DNA of 63,352 nt, filler included. It is 4 parts of 4 records of this genome, joined end to end, with 100 filler letters (N's around TTAATTAATTAA, not from the genome) between each part and the next. Parts side by side here need not be neighbours in the genome. Positions count along the whole stretch, not along the records: positions 16,283 to 34,212 come from SRR20825006_335; 3 more parts are not named here. One strand, given 5' to 3'. Below the pieces are notes generated by a model. It saw nothing but the letters and a program-made list of their open reading frames with translations. It made no database searches and had not been told where the DNA came from. A program made the position numbers and the translations under genes. Of this stretch, positions 24,060 to 34,037 are shown piece by piece (the stretch's first letter is position 1; each line of letters starts with the position of its first letter).

Positions 24060-25399
24060 ATCAGGTGGTAACCTTTTTCTGTCAGTTTTTGAGTCAATGC
24101 CCGTTTGGCGGCGTAGTCGCCATGCACCAAACGAATCTCCTTCGGTGCATCGGTCATTCCCTCCACCAACGCGATTAAATCTTCCTGATCACCGTGAGCC
24201 GAGTACCCGGTCAGTTGATGAGTCTTGGCACGAACATCGTATCGCCGGCCGTCCAATCGCACCCAATCGCTCCCCCGCGAAATGTAGTTTCCCGGCGTGC
24301 CTCCCGCTTGATAGCCAGCAAACACGATGTCGGTTTCCTCCTGCCCGATGAACGCCTTGAGGTAATTGACCACCCGACCTCCCGTGCACATGCCGCTTCC
24401 GGCAATCACCACCGCGGGCAAATTGTGTTTGGCCAAGTACCGAACAGTTTCCTTGTGCTCCGAATGGCTGCCCACCGTGGTCAAATTTTCAAACACCAGC
24501 GGTTGATCATCGGTTTCCAACGTCACCTGAGCCTCCTCGCCCCAGTGTGATTTCATTTCCTTGTAAAGAGCGGTGAAGCGAGTGGCCAGCGGCGAGTCGA
24601 CGATGACATCGACCCGCTTCATCAGCGTTCGATGCTCGGTTTCTTGAATGCGTTCGAAGATGGCGTTGAGCTCATACAACAACGCCTGGGTACGTCCGAG
24701 TGAAAACGCGGGCACAATTGTCACGCCCGAATCATCCAGCGTTCGCCGAATGACCGCCTCCAATTCCGCTTGCCGATCAGCCTTCGGGGGATGCAACCTA
24801 TCACCGTAAGTGCTCTCCAGCACCAACAAGTCCGCCCGCTCGGGACTGACCGGTGGATTCAAAAGAGGATTGGTTCCCGCTCCCACATCGCCACTGAAAA
24901 CCGCTCGCCGCCCGTCTTTCAATTCGATCTCGAACATCGTCGAGCCCAACACGTGACCGGCCGGCAACAAGCGGACCTTCACCCCGCCGGGGCAGTCATG
25001 CCATTGATGGTACGGAAGCGGCACCAACAACTTCCGAATCTGACCGAGAAACTTCTTGATCAACCGTTTGGAACGCGTGAATCCAATCTTCAACGCGTCT
25101 TCCATGACCAGCGGCAACAACTTCGCCGTGGGTGCACTGCACAGAATCGGATGATCAAAACCAGCCGCCAACAAATACGGAATCCGACCCGCGTGATCGA
25201 TGTGCACGTGGGTCAGCAACAACGCCTGAATCCCTCTTAGCGAAAACTCAATCTCGGGGTTGGGCTTCTTCCGAGCGTCTTCGCCTTGGAACGTGCCACA
25301 GTCAACCAACAAGCTCTGGGAATCGTCGATCCAAAGTTGATGACAAGAACCAGTGACACCTTCGTGCGCACCGTGGTGAACCAATTTCATAAGCGACAT
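24056..25399 (-). CDS. metallo-beta-lactamase-fold beta-CASP hydrolase (RNase-like)
   Basis: VTGSC, THVHIDHAG, AGHVLGS, FSGD, ESTYG, AGSGMCTGGR, YSAHGD and LVHG. Start at 25399 or 25390 rather than 25522. Confidence 0.9.
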   Translation of the reverse strand: MSLMKLVHHGAHEGVTGSCHQLWIDDSQSLLVDCGTFQGEDARKKPNPEIEFSLRGIQALLLTHVHIDHAGRIPYLLAAGFDHPILCSAPTAKLLPLVMEDALKIGFTRSKRLIKKFLGQIRKLLVPLPYHQWHDCPGGVKVRLLPAGHVLGSTMFEIELKDGRRAVFSGDVGAGTNPLLNPPVSPERADLLVLESTYGDRLHPPKADRQAELEAVIRRTLDDSGVTIVPAFSLGRTQALLYELNAIFERIQETEHRTLMKRVDVIVDSPLATRFTALYKEMKSHWGEEAQVTLETDDQPLVFENLTTVGSHSEHKETVRYLAKHNLPAVVIAGSGMCTGGRVVNYLKAFIGQEETDIVFAGYQAGGTPGNYISRGSDWVRLDGRRYDVRAKTHQLTGYSAHGDQEDLIALVEGMTDAPKEIRLVHGDYAAKRALTQKLTEKGYHLI

Positions 25400-25456
25400 C
25401 AGAAGCAAGACAAGGAGAAACAACGCGAGCGGTCCGTCACGCCACCGCAGCACTTT

Positions 25457-25516
25457 ACCACGCGGGGAACGCGTCGAGGGTCCGCAACCACGCGGCGAAC
25501 GCGTCGAGGGCCCGCA
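25457..25516. repeat. 30-bp tandem duplication with an internal hairpin
   Basis: ACCACGCGGGGAACGCGTCGAGGGTCCGCA and ACCACGCGGCGAACGCGTCGAGGGCCCGCA are 28/30 identical; each has an ACGCG-N5-CGCGT stem. Confidence 0.85.
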
Positions 25517-25630
25517 GTGCAACCAATCCAGCCAGGGCGTCCGCCTCGATGACCAAACGTGTCACGCACCCGTCCGATGTCATGGGTGTCGCCGCTTCTC
25601 TCCCCCTCTCAACCACCGAGGACACCTCTC

Positions 25631-26008
25631 ATGGCCAAGTTTTACGTGCAATCAGGTACTTTCCGCAGTGTTGTCGCCGCCGATTCGGCTCGCAAAGCCG
25701 CTCTGTGGGCAGTCCACCAAGTCATGCAGCAAGTCCTGCCGACCGATGAAGACGACGATTCGCTGTCCGCATCGGCAACCAACGAGGATCCGTCCAACAC
25801 CACCAACAACCGCCCTCCGTCTGGCGACGCATCCGGCCAGCGTCCCGGATCCACGCCGGTCGCGGTCTTGGACGGCCGAGTCCGTATCAGTGAACGCGGG
25901 TACGATCGCAACGACTGTGCGGAGATGCCAACCATGGAAGTCGTCGCGGAGTGGAACCAGATGGTGCTCACCCTCGATCGCCTGCAACAAATGATGCGGC
26001 ATGGGTGA
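25631..26008 (+). CDS. hypothetical protein
   Basis: GAGGA RBS then MAKFYVQSGTFRSVV...; ordered termini flank a low-complexity linker; fills the gap before DUF1611. Confidence 0.65.
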   Translation: MAKFYVQSGTFRSVVAADSARKAALWAVHQVMQQVLPTDEDDDSLSASATNEDPSNTTNNRPPSGDASGQRPGSTPVAVLDGRVRISERGYDRNDCAEMPTMEVVAEWNQMVLTLDRLQQMMRHG

Positions 26009-26161
26009 TCCCCCTCCGGGCCGGGCCTGCGCGTTTTCGCAACAGATTTACGCACCTGCGCAAGACTTCAAATCAGTCTGTCGCTAGCCTATTGGAACCC
26101 TCGCTGGCACCAGCGAGCCACTTCCATTTGAGTTCTGCCCTCCCCTTCTGACAGTCGATCG

Positions 26162-27241
26162 ATGAACAACCAACTGCTGACCCAGCATCGACGCATCGCT
26201 CTCCTCACCGACGGCGCCTCCACCCCGTTTTTGGCAAAGACAGCCATCAGCTTGCTGCGGTATCGAACCGCGGATATCGCCGCAGTGATCGATCGCGAAC
26301 ATGCGGGCAAAACATCAGCCGAGCTTTTTAGCGCGGGCGACGCGCCGGTGGTCGCACAGTGGTCTCCCCAACTGAACTGCGACGCGATCTACATCGGCAT
26401 CGCACCTCCCGGTGGCAAGCTTCCCGAGGCTTGGCGTCCGCAATTGGAAGCGGCCATTCGCGCCGGTGTCGACGTTGTTTCTGGACTGCATGATTTTCTG
26501 TCCGACGACAACGAGTGGCGTGAACTCGCCCAGCAGTCGGGTTCGCAAATCGTTGACGTACGAAAGAACCACTGGAAAGAAACCGCCACCGGCAAACCCT
26601 TTCGAGAAGACTGCATTCGCATCCATGCGGTCGGGCATGATTGCAGCATCGGCAAAATGGTCACAACGGTCGAAATCGACCGTGGTCTTCAAGCCGCTGG
26701 CAAATCGTCTCGCTTCCTCGCGACAGGCCAAACCGGAATCATGATCTCCGGTCGCGGCGTTCCAGCGGACTGCGTCGTTTCTGACTTCGTCAACGGAGCC
26801 GTCGAATACTTGGTTCGAGACAACGAAGACGCTGATTTCTTGCTCGTCGAAGGGCAAGGCAGCATTTCTCATCCGGCTTACTCCGCGGTCACGCTCGGCC
26901 TGCTTCATGGATGTGCCCCGCAAGGTCTGGTGTTCTGCTACGAAGCCGGTCGCACCGAGGTCAAAGGGTTCGATGGTTGCGCCATCCCACCGCTTGAAAA
27001 ACAAATGCAGGCCATCGAACAACTCGCGAATTTGCGGGGGCCGTGCAAGTTCATCGGTGTTTCCGTCAACACTCGAAAGCTGTCACCCGGCGAAGCCAAA
27101 CTCGAAGTCGAACGAGCCGAACATCGATTTGGCCTGCCAGCCTGCGACGTCTACCGCGACGGTGCAGACAAACTGGTTCGAGCCTCCTTGGAACTGCGGG
27201 CCGCGTGTGCTCCCAGCGTCTTGCAGGAGACCGGAGCGTGA
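26162..27241 (+). CDS. DUF1611-family P-loop protein (DgcN/D-glutamate N-acetyltransferase-like)
   Basis: IGIAPPGGKLP, VSGLH, GHDCSIGKM, FLATGQTGI, VEGQGSISHPAYS and GLLHG. Confidence 0.85.
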   Translation: MNNQLLTQHRRIALLTDGASTPFLAKTAISLLRYRTADIAAVIDREHAGKTSAELFSAGDAPVVAQWSPQLNCDAIYIGIAPPGGKLPEAWRPQLEAAIRAGVDVVSGLHDFLSDDNEWRELAQQSGSQIVDVRKNHWKETATGKPFREDCIRIHAVGHDCSIGKMVTTVEIDRGLQAAGKSSRFLATGQTGIMISGRGVPADCVVSDFVNGAVEYLVRDNEDADFLLVEGQGSISHPAYSAVTLGLLHGCAPQGLVFCYEAGRTEVKGFDGCAIPPLEKQMQAIEQLANLRGPCKFIGVSVNTRKLSPGEAKLEVERAEHRFGLPACDVYRDGADKLVRASLELRAACAPSVLQETGA

Positions 27242-28287
27242 AGCTGAATCTCTACGCCGTTCGTTTGCCGCTGCGTGATCCCTTCACCATTTCACGAGGA
27301 ACCATCACTCACCAAGACAGCCTGATCGTTGCGTTGGAACACGATGGAATCACGGGCTACGGCGAAGTCACCGCGAACGACTACTACGGGCACACCATTT
27401 CCGCGATGAGCGATGCTCTCAACGGCCTGTGTGTAGACGATCTCGCGATGTGCTTTGAGGACACGCCCGAGAACAATTGGCATCGCCTCTCAGAACGACT
27501 CGGCGGTGACATGTTCTCGCTGTCGGCGTTGGACATGGCCAGCCATGATTGGCACGCGAGAAATTCGGGAGCGACGCTTTGGCATCACTGGGGGCTGACC
27601 TGGAACCCCGATTTGCAATCCAGCTTCACGATCGGAATCGATACCGTTCAAGAGATGCGACGAAAGCTGGATGCCGACTCCGGTTGGGACCTCTACAAAA
27701 TCAAACTGGGCACCGATCACGATCTGGAAATCATCCGCCAGCTTCGTCAGTGCACCGAAGCCACCTTCCGGGTCGATGCAAACTGTGCTTGGTCGGCTCA
27801 ACAGACAATCGACTATTCCAAAGAACTCCGGCACTTGGGTGTTCAATTCATCGAACAACCCCTGCCCCGTTCCGCCGATCCCGCTGACAAACAACGCGTG
27901 TTCGAAGAATCTTCGCTTCCGATCATCGCCGACGAGGACTGCCAAACCGAAGCCGATCTGGAAACATGCTTCCAATTCTTCCACGGCATCAACGTCAAAC
28001 TTTGCAAGAGCGGCGGGCTGACCCCAGCTCGCAAGATGCTGACCGAAGCCAAACGCCGCGAAAAACTGACCATGGTCGGCTGCATGGTGGAATCCGCCGT
28101 TGGCATCAGTGGAGCAGCACAGCTCACACCGTTGCTCGATTTCGCTGACTTGGACGGGGCGAACCTGATCTCGGACAGCCCTGCCCGCGGCGTCGAAGTC
28201 ACCCGCGGGCATCTCAACATGCCTGCGGAACTGGGAACCGGTGCGGAACTGGTCTCCACCGCCCTGCCCCACTTCCTGATCCAGTGA
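27238..28287 (+). CDS. enolase-superfamily dipeptide epimerase (L-Ala-D/L-Glu epimerase/DgcA-like)
   Basis: PFTISRG, KIKLG, RVDAN, IEQP, IADE, NVKLCKSGG, MVGCMVES and DLDG. The GTG start at 27238 overlaps the upstream stop (GTGA). Confidence 0.9.
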   Translation: MKLNLYAVRLPLRDPFTISRGTITHQDSLIVALEHDGITGYGEVTANDYYGHTISAMSDALNGLCVDDLAMCFEDTPENNWHRLSERLGGDMFSLSALDMASHDWHARNSGATLWHHWGLTWNPDLQSSFTIGIDTVQEMRRKLDADSGWDLYKIKLGTDHDLEIIRQLRQCTEATFRVDANCAWSAQQTIDYSKELRHLGVQFIEQPLPRSADPADKQRVFEESSLPIIADEDCQTEADLETCFQFFHGINVKLCKSGGLTPARKMLTEAKRREKLTMVGCMVESAVGISGAAQLTPLLDFADLDGANLISDSPARGVEVTRGHLNMPAELGTGAELVSTALPHFLIQ

Positions 28288-28345
28288 ACCACTCAGCAAT
28301 CCTCTGCTTCCTGAGCGTCGTTTCATCAAGCCCCACCACACGATC

Positions 28346-30754
28346 ATGAACCACAACCCGCTCTCCCGTCACTTCGCTCCCAGACGATCCCCCGCTTTCC
28401 AGAACTGGTTCGCAGGAATCGCATTGGCACTCATGGCTTCGACATCTCTGCATGCCGCCCCGCCCGCCGCATCAAAAACGGACGACCATGACTATCGCCA
28501 ACTGATCGAGCAACTATCACAAACGATTCGTTCCGAGATGGAACAGAAGCAAATCCCCAGCTTCTCAATCGCGTTAGTGGCAGATGGAAAGGTTGTCTCG
28601 TCCGCAGGGTTCGGATTTCAAGATGCCAACAAGACCATTCCTGCTTCCGGCAAAACGGTCTACCGAGTCGGTTCGATTTCTAAGTTGCTGACCGACGTCG
28701 CCTTGATGCAATTGGTCGAACAAGGCGAACTGGATTTGGATCACCCTGTTCAAAAGGTGCTACCCGAATTCAAGATCGCCGATGTTGAGCACAGCGCTCA
28801 AATCACGCTACGGCAACTGACTCAACACCGCGCCGGCATCGTTCGCGAATCGCCGGTGGGCAACTACTTCGATCCCACCGAACCAACTCTGAAAGCAACC
28901 GTCGCCAGCCTCGCGGACACTCCGCCTGTTTACGCCCCAGGCTCTCGCACCAAATACTCCAACGCGGGCGTGTCGGTCATCGGATTGGCGGTTGAAGAGG
29001 CCGCTGGAATGTCGCATCCGGAATACGTCCAACAACACGTGCTCGAACCACTGGGGATGACTCACACCAGCTTCGAGAAGAACGAAGCCTTGTTGGAACA
29101 CACCGCCGATGGCTGGATGTGGGGCTATGACCGTCCCGCGTTTGCCGCTCCCGAGTTCCTGCTCGGCACCGGTCCGGCCGGGAACCTGTATTCCAGCGTC
29201 GAAGACCTGGCCCAGTTCAGCTTGTTTGTGATGGGGCAACATCCCGAAAAAATTCTGGAGGACGCTTCTCTCAATGAGATGCTCCAACCCGGCGAGACCT
29301 CCGACGGAAAACCACTGCCCTACGGAATCGGTTTCCGCGTCAGCGACTTCCAAGGACATCGCCGAGTCGGTCATGGGGGAGCCGTGTATGGCTTCTCAAC
29401 CCAGCTCGAGATTTTGCCAGACGAGAACATCGCCGTCATCGCTGCCAGTTCGCTGGACGGAACGAACAACTGGATCACACGAATCTGTGACCAGGCACTG
29501 GAAGGCATGCTTGCTGTTCGAAACGATCAACAACTGACGCCGCCCGTTTCAACCGAACCGGTGCCCCGCTCGCGAGCCCGCAGTTTGGCTGGGGTCTACT
29601 CCTCCATGCCCGGCGACGCTTCTCGAACGGTGACCGTGGACTGGATCGGCGATCGACTGCTGCTGTGGAAAGGAACATTCCAACGAGAAATCCGCAGCCG
29701 ATCGGACACTGGCGAATTGGTCCTGGACGATCGCTTCGGGTTTGGCACGAAGATCCGACAAGACAATTCATTCTTAGTGATCGACGACAAAACTTACACT
29801 CGCCTCTCCGATGCACCTCCACCGGAAATCCAAGACGAGTGGCGTGATCTCATCGGTGAATACGGCTGGGATCACAACACGCTTTATATTCTCGAACGCC
29901 ATGGGCAACTGCACGCATTGATCGAGTGGTTCTATTACTACCCGCTCACTCCAGTTGGCCAGGATCGTTTCGCGTTCCCCAATCATGGGCTGTATCACGG
30001 AGAAGAACTGATCTTCAACCGCGATGATTCAGGCGAAATCACAGAAGTCATCGCCGCTCAGGTCGCCTTTCAAAAACGCGAGGTGGGAAGCAAAGCCGGC
30101 GAGACGTTCAAAATCAAGCGGGAACTTCCAGTCGACAAACTGCGAGAGCTCGCCGATGCCGCGAAACCTCCTCATGAAGAAGGCAACTTCCGCCCGTCGG
30201 ATCTAACCGAACTGACTTCGCTTGACCCCAGCATCGAACTGGACATTCGGTACGCGACGACCAACAACTTCATGGACACGGTTTTCTACCAGCAACCGCG
30301 TGCGTTCGCTCAACGTCCCGCCGCCGAAGCCGCCGTGAAAGTGCACCAGGAACTCGCAAAGCAAAACTTGGGTCTGCTCATTCACGATGCCTACCGACCG
30401 TGGCGAGTCACCAAGATGTTCTGGGACGCAACTCCTAGCGAAATGAAGAACTTTGTCGCCAACCCGGCGCAGGGTTCACGGCACAATCGCGGTTGCGCCT
30501 TGGACCTGACGCTCTTCGACCGCACGACCCAAGAAGTCATTCCGATGGTGTCGGGTTACGACGAGTTCAGCGCACGATCGTTTCCCTTGTATCCAGGCGG
30601 CACCCAAAGAGAGCGTTACTACCGAGGCTTGCTGCGACGAGCGATGGAGACCGCAGGCTTTCAAGTTTACGAATTCGAATGGTGGCACTTCGATTTTGAT
30701 GGCTGGCAACAATACCGAATTGGCAATCTCCCCTTCGAAGCGATTTCCAACTGA
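28346..30754 (+). CDS. exported serine beta-lactamase/PBP-like hydrolase fused to a C-terminal M15D (VanX-like) D-Ala-D-Ala dipeptidase
   Basis: Signal peptide ending LHA-A; GSISK (SxxK), YSN and GHGG; then DIRYATTNNF, DAYRP, SRHNRGCALD and EWWHF. Confidence 0.9.
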   Translation: MNHNPLSRHFAPRRSPAFQNWFAGIALALMASTSLHAAPPAASKTDDHDYRQLIEQLSQTIRSEMEQKQIPSFSIALVADGKVVSSAGFGFQDANKTIPASGKTVYRVGSISKLLTDVALMQLVEQGELDLDHPVQKVLPEFKIADVEHSAQITLRQLTQHRAGIVRESPVGNYFDPTEPTLKATVASLADTPPVYAPGSRTKYSNAGVSVIGLAVEEAAGMSHPEYVQQHVLEPLGMTHTSFEKNEALLEHTADGWMWGYDRPAFAAPEFLLGTGPAGNLYSSVEDLAQFSLFVMGQHPEKILEDASLNEMLQPGETSDGKPLPYGIGFRVSDFQGHRRVGHGGAVYGFSTQLEILPDENIAVIAASSLDGTNNWITRICDQALEGMLAVRNDQQLTPPVSTEPVPRSRARSLAGVYSSMPGDASRTVTVDWIGDRLLLWKGTFQREIRSRSDTGELVLDDRFGFGTKIRQDNSFLVIDDKTYTRLSDAPPPEIQDEWRDLIGEYGWDHNTLYILERHGQLHALIEWFYYYPLTPVGQDRFAFPNHGLYHGEELIFNRDDSGEITEVIAAQVAFQKREVGSKAGETFKIKRELPVDKLRELADAAKPPHEEGNFRPSDLTELTSLDPSIELDIRYATTNNFMDTVFYQQPRAFAQRPAAEAAVKVHQELAKQNLGLLIHDAYRPWRVTKMFWDATPSEMKNFVANPAQGSRHNRGCALDLTLFDRTTQEVIPMVSGYDEFSARSFPLYPGGTQRERYYRGLLRRAMETAGFQVYEFEWWHFDFDGWQQYRIGNLPFEAISN

Positions 30755-30798
30755 AGATCGTCCCTACCGAAACCCAACCGGCTCCTGCCGACCACAAC

Positions 30799-32643
30799 TC
30801 ACCGGTGAAGGTCACGCCCGACGGCCCATGGCAGAATCAATACTCTCGCCAGCGGTATCACCAAAGCGATCACCATCGCGACCGGCAAGAACATCGGTGT
30901 CCAATTATTCCAGGGTTCTCCCAAATTGATTCGCTCGGGCAACACCATCATCAAAACAGCGGAAAGCAAAACCACGGTGATGCACCACGCCGCCACTGAT
31001 TTTGCAACCCAAGCTTTCGGCCTCCCCGGTTGCCGGATGGCCTGCACAAATGCCATCACAACCGTGGCGAGCTTCGCCCACAGCAACCAAGTGACCCAGG
31101 TTGGAATCTGCAAAACGCCAAGTCGAAACTCTTGCAGCATGACCTCCCACTCACTTTGACTGGCAAACCACGATCCCAAGCGAAACGATCCCCAAATCAA
31201 CAGCCCACTGGCCAAGAAAGTGACCGCGGCGGTGACTCGGCGATCGGCCATCAACGCCAACCACAACATGGCCACACCGCGTCCAACCAAAACCATGGTT
31301 GAGAACAGAGCAATCGCCAGTGACACTCGAATTCCCATCGCAAAAGAACTCACTCCGGTCCCTGACGCCATCGACTCGGACCATTGATTCCACACCGGCT
31401 GGTTGGCCGGGATGGCAAAGGCACCCAGCACGCCAAACGTGACCAACGATGCCAGCAACACCAATCGGATCGTTCGCCACACTTTGATCGCGGCCAGAAC
31501 TTCTCGCGAAACCGGACTGACCGCCAACAACAACGGCATCGCCCTGCCCTGCGACCCTCGTCGCATGCCGCTGACTTCTCCCCAACCGCCCGCTGTCGAC
31601 AACGCGGTGTACGTCAACACGATCAAACCAGCGACCACCACGGAAGCAAAATTGAGCGGCAAACAAGCCAGCAACACCAGCATCGGCAAGCCAATCCACG
31701 CGATCATCGACCACCGCATTGCCCGTGACTGACGACCGTCAAACCACGCCAGCGCCGACGTTTGCCCACCTCTCCGAACCGACGCCCCCACACCGAGAAT
31801 CCGTTCGCCGATTGATGATGCGAACTCACGAATCCTCGCCGTGATCGAACCGGCATCATCCAAGCCATACGAGTTGGCACGGGCAAGCTCCAATGATCGA
31901 TACGTGATCCAAAGAGTTCCTCCCCAAAGCGAGAGCAACAGCCATGGAAAATACACGAGCAGCAACCATTTCGGATGCCCCGGATCCAGTGCGACCAATG
32001 GCCAACACATCACCATGTAACCGGCCGGGATCAGCACCAGCAAAGTGAGGACTCGATACCCGTTCCACGAGAAAGGCCGCCAACAGAACGCTAGCACTGC
32101 CATGGATCCGGTGCCGAGCGAGATCCACAAAGCCGGATAGATCCAACGCTCATGTTCACTGCGGTCCACCATCGACAACTCAATCGCAATTGCAATCATC
32201 AACAACGAGACCGCAATCGCCGCATGTCGAGCCACAGCAGCGACGAACAACAAGCGGCTCGATGGGATTGGACTGCGCAGCAGAAACGCATCGAACCCCG
32301 AGGCTTTCCGCTCGACGTCTGGACCCGACCAATCAATCGCGAAAATCGACCACAACAGCAACGGGGCTTGCGTCACCGCCATGACTCCCGCGATGGCGCT
32401 CGACGCCAACAAAACATCCGTTCCAAACAATCGGTGTATCCACGCGGCCAAAGCGACACCAATCAGTGACAACAACCAAAGCTTTCTCCACACTCCGCCC
32501 CAGCGGGCCCAAAGCAATCTCGCGGCAGCAAGACAGTCCTTTTGCCAATTGTTGCGACGGTCGGTGACGCCCCTGTCATTCGCGGATGAACCAGTCGCCA
32601 CCGATTGTTGAATGGTCGATTGCTGAATGGGTGATGCGTTCAT
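30799..32643 (-). CDS. polytopic membrane protein, probable ABC-2-type permease
   Basis: About 12 hydrophobic segments; ATGA-coupled to the ABC ATPase. Confidence 0.7.
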   Translation of the reverse strand: MNASPIQQSTIQQSVATGSSANDRGVTDRRNNWQKDCLAAARLLWARWGGVWRKLWLLSLIGVALAAWIHRLFGTDVLLASSAIAGVMAVTQAPLLLWSIFAIDWSGPDVERKASGFDAFLLRSPIPSSRLLFVAAVARHAAIAVSLLMIAIAIELSMVDRSEHERWIYPALWISLGTGSMAVLAFCWRPFSWNGYRVLTLLVLIPAGYMVMCWPLVALDPGHPKWLLLVYFPWLLLSLWGGTLWITYRSLELARANSYGLDDAGSITARIREFASSIGERILGVGASVRRGGQTSALAWFDGRQSRAMRWSMIAWIGLPMLVLLACLPLNFASVVVAGLIVLTYTALSTAGGWGEVSGMRRGSQGRAMPLLLAVSPVSREVLAAIKVWRTIRLVLLASLVTFGVLGAFAIPANQPVWNQWSESMASGTGVSSFAMGIRVSLAIALFSTMVLVGRGVAMLWLALMADRRVTAAVTFLASGLLIWGSFRLGSWFASQSEWEVMLQEFRLGVLQIPTWVTWLLWAKLATVVMAFVQAIRQPGRPKAWVAKSVAAWCITVVLLSAVLMMVLPERINLGEPWNNWTPMFLPVAMVIALVIPLARVLILPWAVGRDLHR

Positions 32644-33635
32644 GACAACGACTCCAACGTGGCAGCCTCGCGACCTGGCGTTTGGCGTGAATGATCCCCA
32701 GCCATCGCTGACTGCCGCGGGGCTCGCACGTGAGCTTCGAACAATCGCTTCAGCGTCACATGACGGCTCTCAATCCATTGCCAATCCGGCGGCAACGCGG
32801 CCGGCGACAAATCCGATTGCCGAGGCACCAACAGCGACCATTCACCGTCTTCCTGATGCCAGCCCAAACCTGCTTCCACCGGACAATCTCTCCGAGCGTG
32901 TTGCGTCGTGATCGTCTCGTCACGCGATCGCAAGATCCATTCTTCGTAGCGTTCGTCGACCGCCATCATCGGCATGGATTCAATCAGTTTGCCCTGATGC
33001 ATGATCGCGACCTGGTCACACACCCGGCTAACCTCGTCGAGCAGGTGGCTGCTGAAGATCACGGTCCGGCCTTCCAAGCTGACCGTTCGAATGATCGCTT
33101 GCAAAATGTCATCGCGAGCGATCGGGTCCAGCCCGCTGCCGGGTTCATCCAAAACCAACAAGTCCGGCTTGTGAGCGATTGCGGCAATCAAGCCCGCCCG
33201 TGCACGACCGCCCTTAGAGAGCGAACGAAGCTTGGCATCGGGCGACAACTCAAACCAATCGCAGAGTTCCTTGGCGTAGGACTGATCCCACCTCGGATAG
33301 ATCGCTTCGCAAAACTGGGTCAGATCACGAACTCGCATCCAAGTCGGCAGGCTGTCTTCCTCGGACAAATACCCAATTCGCCGCATCACTTTTTCGCGAT
33401 CGGTGATTGGGTTGCATCCCAGCACGCGGACCCTGCCGACTCGCGGTTGATGCAAACCCAACAAGTGACGCAGCAAAGTGGTCTTGCCGGCGCCATTGAG
33501 CCCCAACAACCCAAACACGGTTCCCTGCGGGATCTTCAGCGAAACATCGCTCAGTGCTTCCGTCCGGCCAAATCGTTGACTCAGGTTCTCGACCACCACG
33601 GCATCTTGCACCGACGACTCTTGAACATCGTTCAT
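32640..33635 (-). CDS. ABC transporter ATP-binding protein (YtrB-like)
   Basis: GLNGAGKT, LSKGG signature variant, LVLDEPGSGLD and SSH. Confidence 0.93.
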   Translation of the reverse strand: MNDVQESSVQDAVVVENLSQRFGRTEALSDVSLKIPQGTVFGLLGLNGAGKTTLLRHLLGLHQPRVGRVRVLGCNPITDREKVMRRIGYLSEEDSLPTWMRVRDLTQFCEAIYPRWDQSYAKELCDWFELSPDAKLRSLSKGGRARAGLIAAIAHKPDLLVLDEPGSGLDPIARDDILQAIIRTVSLEGRTVIFSSHLLDEVSRVCDQVAIMHQGKLIESMPMMAVDERYEEWILRSRDETITTQHARRDCPVEAGLGWHQEDGEWSLLVPRQSDLSPAALPPDWQWIESRHVTLKRLFEAHVRAPRQSAMAGDHSRQTPGREAATLESLS

Positions 33636-34027
33636 GACGTTTCTCCCCGTTTGCGTTGCAATTCTTCATCGCGACGGAGAATCCATTGCGACAATTCTTT
33701 GGCATCCACGCCCAGCCCTTGCGAGAGCACGAGCAATTGATCGATCGCGGGCTCGATCGCCTCCCGCTTTCCTTTCGCGGACATCGACGTTGGCGATGAC
33801 GAGACAAACGTGCCTCGGGTGCGACGTTTCTCGACCAAGCCCGCTTGTTCGAGTTCGCGATAAGCCCGTGCGATGGTGTTCGGATTGACGCGCAATCGCT
33901 CCGCCAACGTTCGGATGGCGGGCATCTCGTCTCCACCAGAAAGCTGCCCCGACAGAATTCGATGTCGAATCTGCTGGACCACTTGCTGATAAAGCGGCAC
34001 GCCGTCGTCGGATAAATGAATCTTCAC
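33632..34027 (-). CDS. GntR-family regulator, YtrA subfamily
   Basis: PLYQQV...GDEMPAIRTLAERLRVNPNTIARAYRELE...GTFV with a very short C-terminal domain, upstream of ABC genes. Confidence 0.9.
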   Translation of the reverse strand: MKIHLSDDGVPLYQQVVQQIRHRILSGQLSGGDEMPAIRTLAERLRVNPNTIARAYRELEQAGLVEKRRTRGTFVSSSPTSMSAKGKREAIEPAIDQLLVLSQGLGVDAKELSQWILRRDEELQRKRGETS

Positions 34028-34037
34028 AACTGACCCC

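Noticed and set aside
25457-25516. CRISPR repeat (the minus-strand GTTCCCCGCG resembles type I-E repeats)
   Set aside because: There are two abutting units with no spacer and no cas genes.
32730-33740. 336-aa plus-strand ORF
   Set aside because: It is an antisense shadow of the ABC ATPase.
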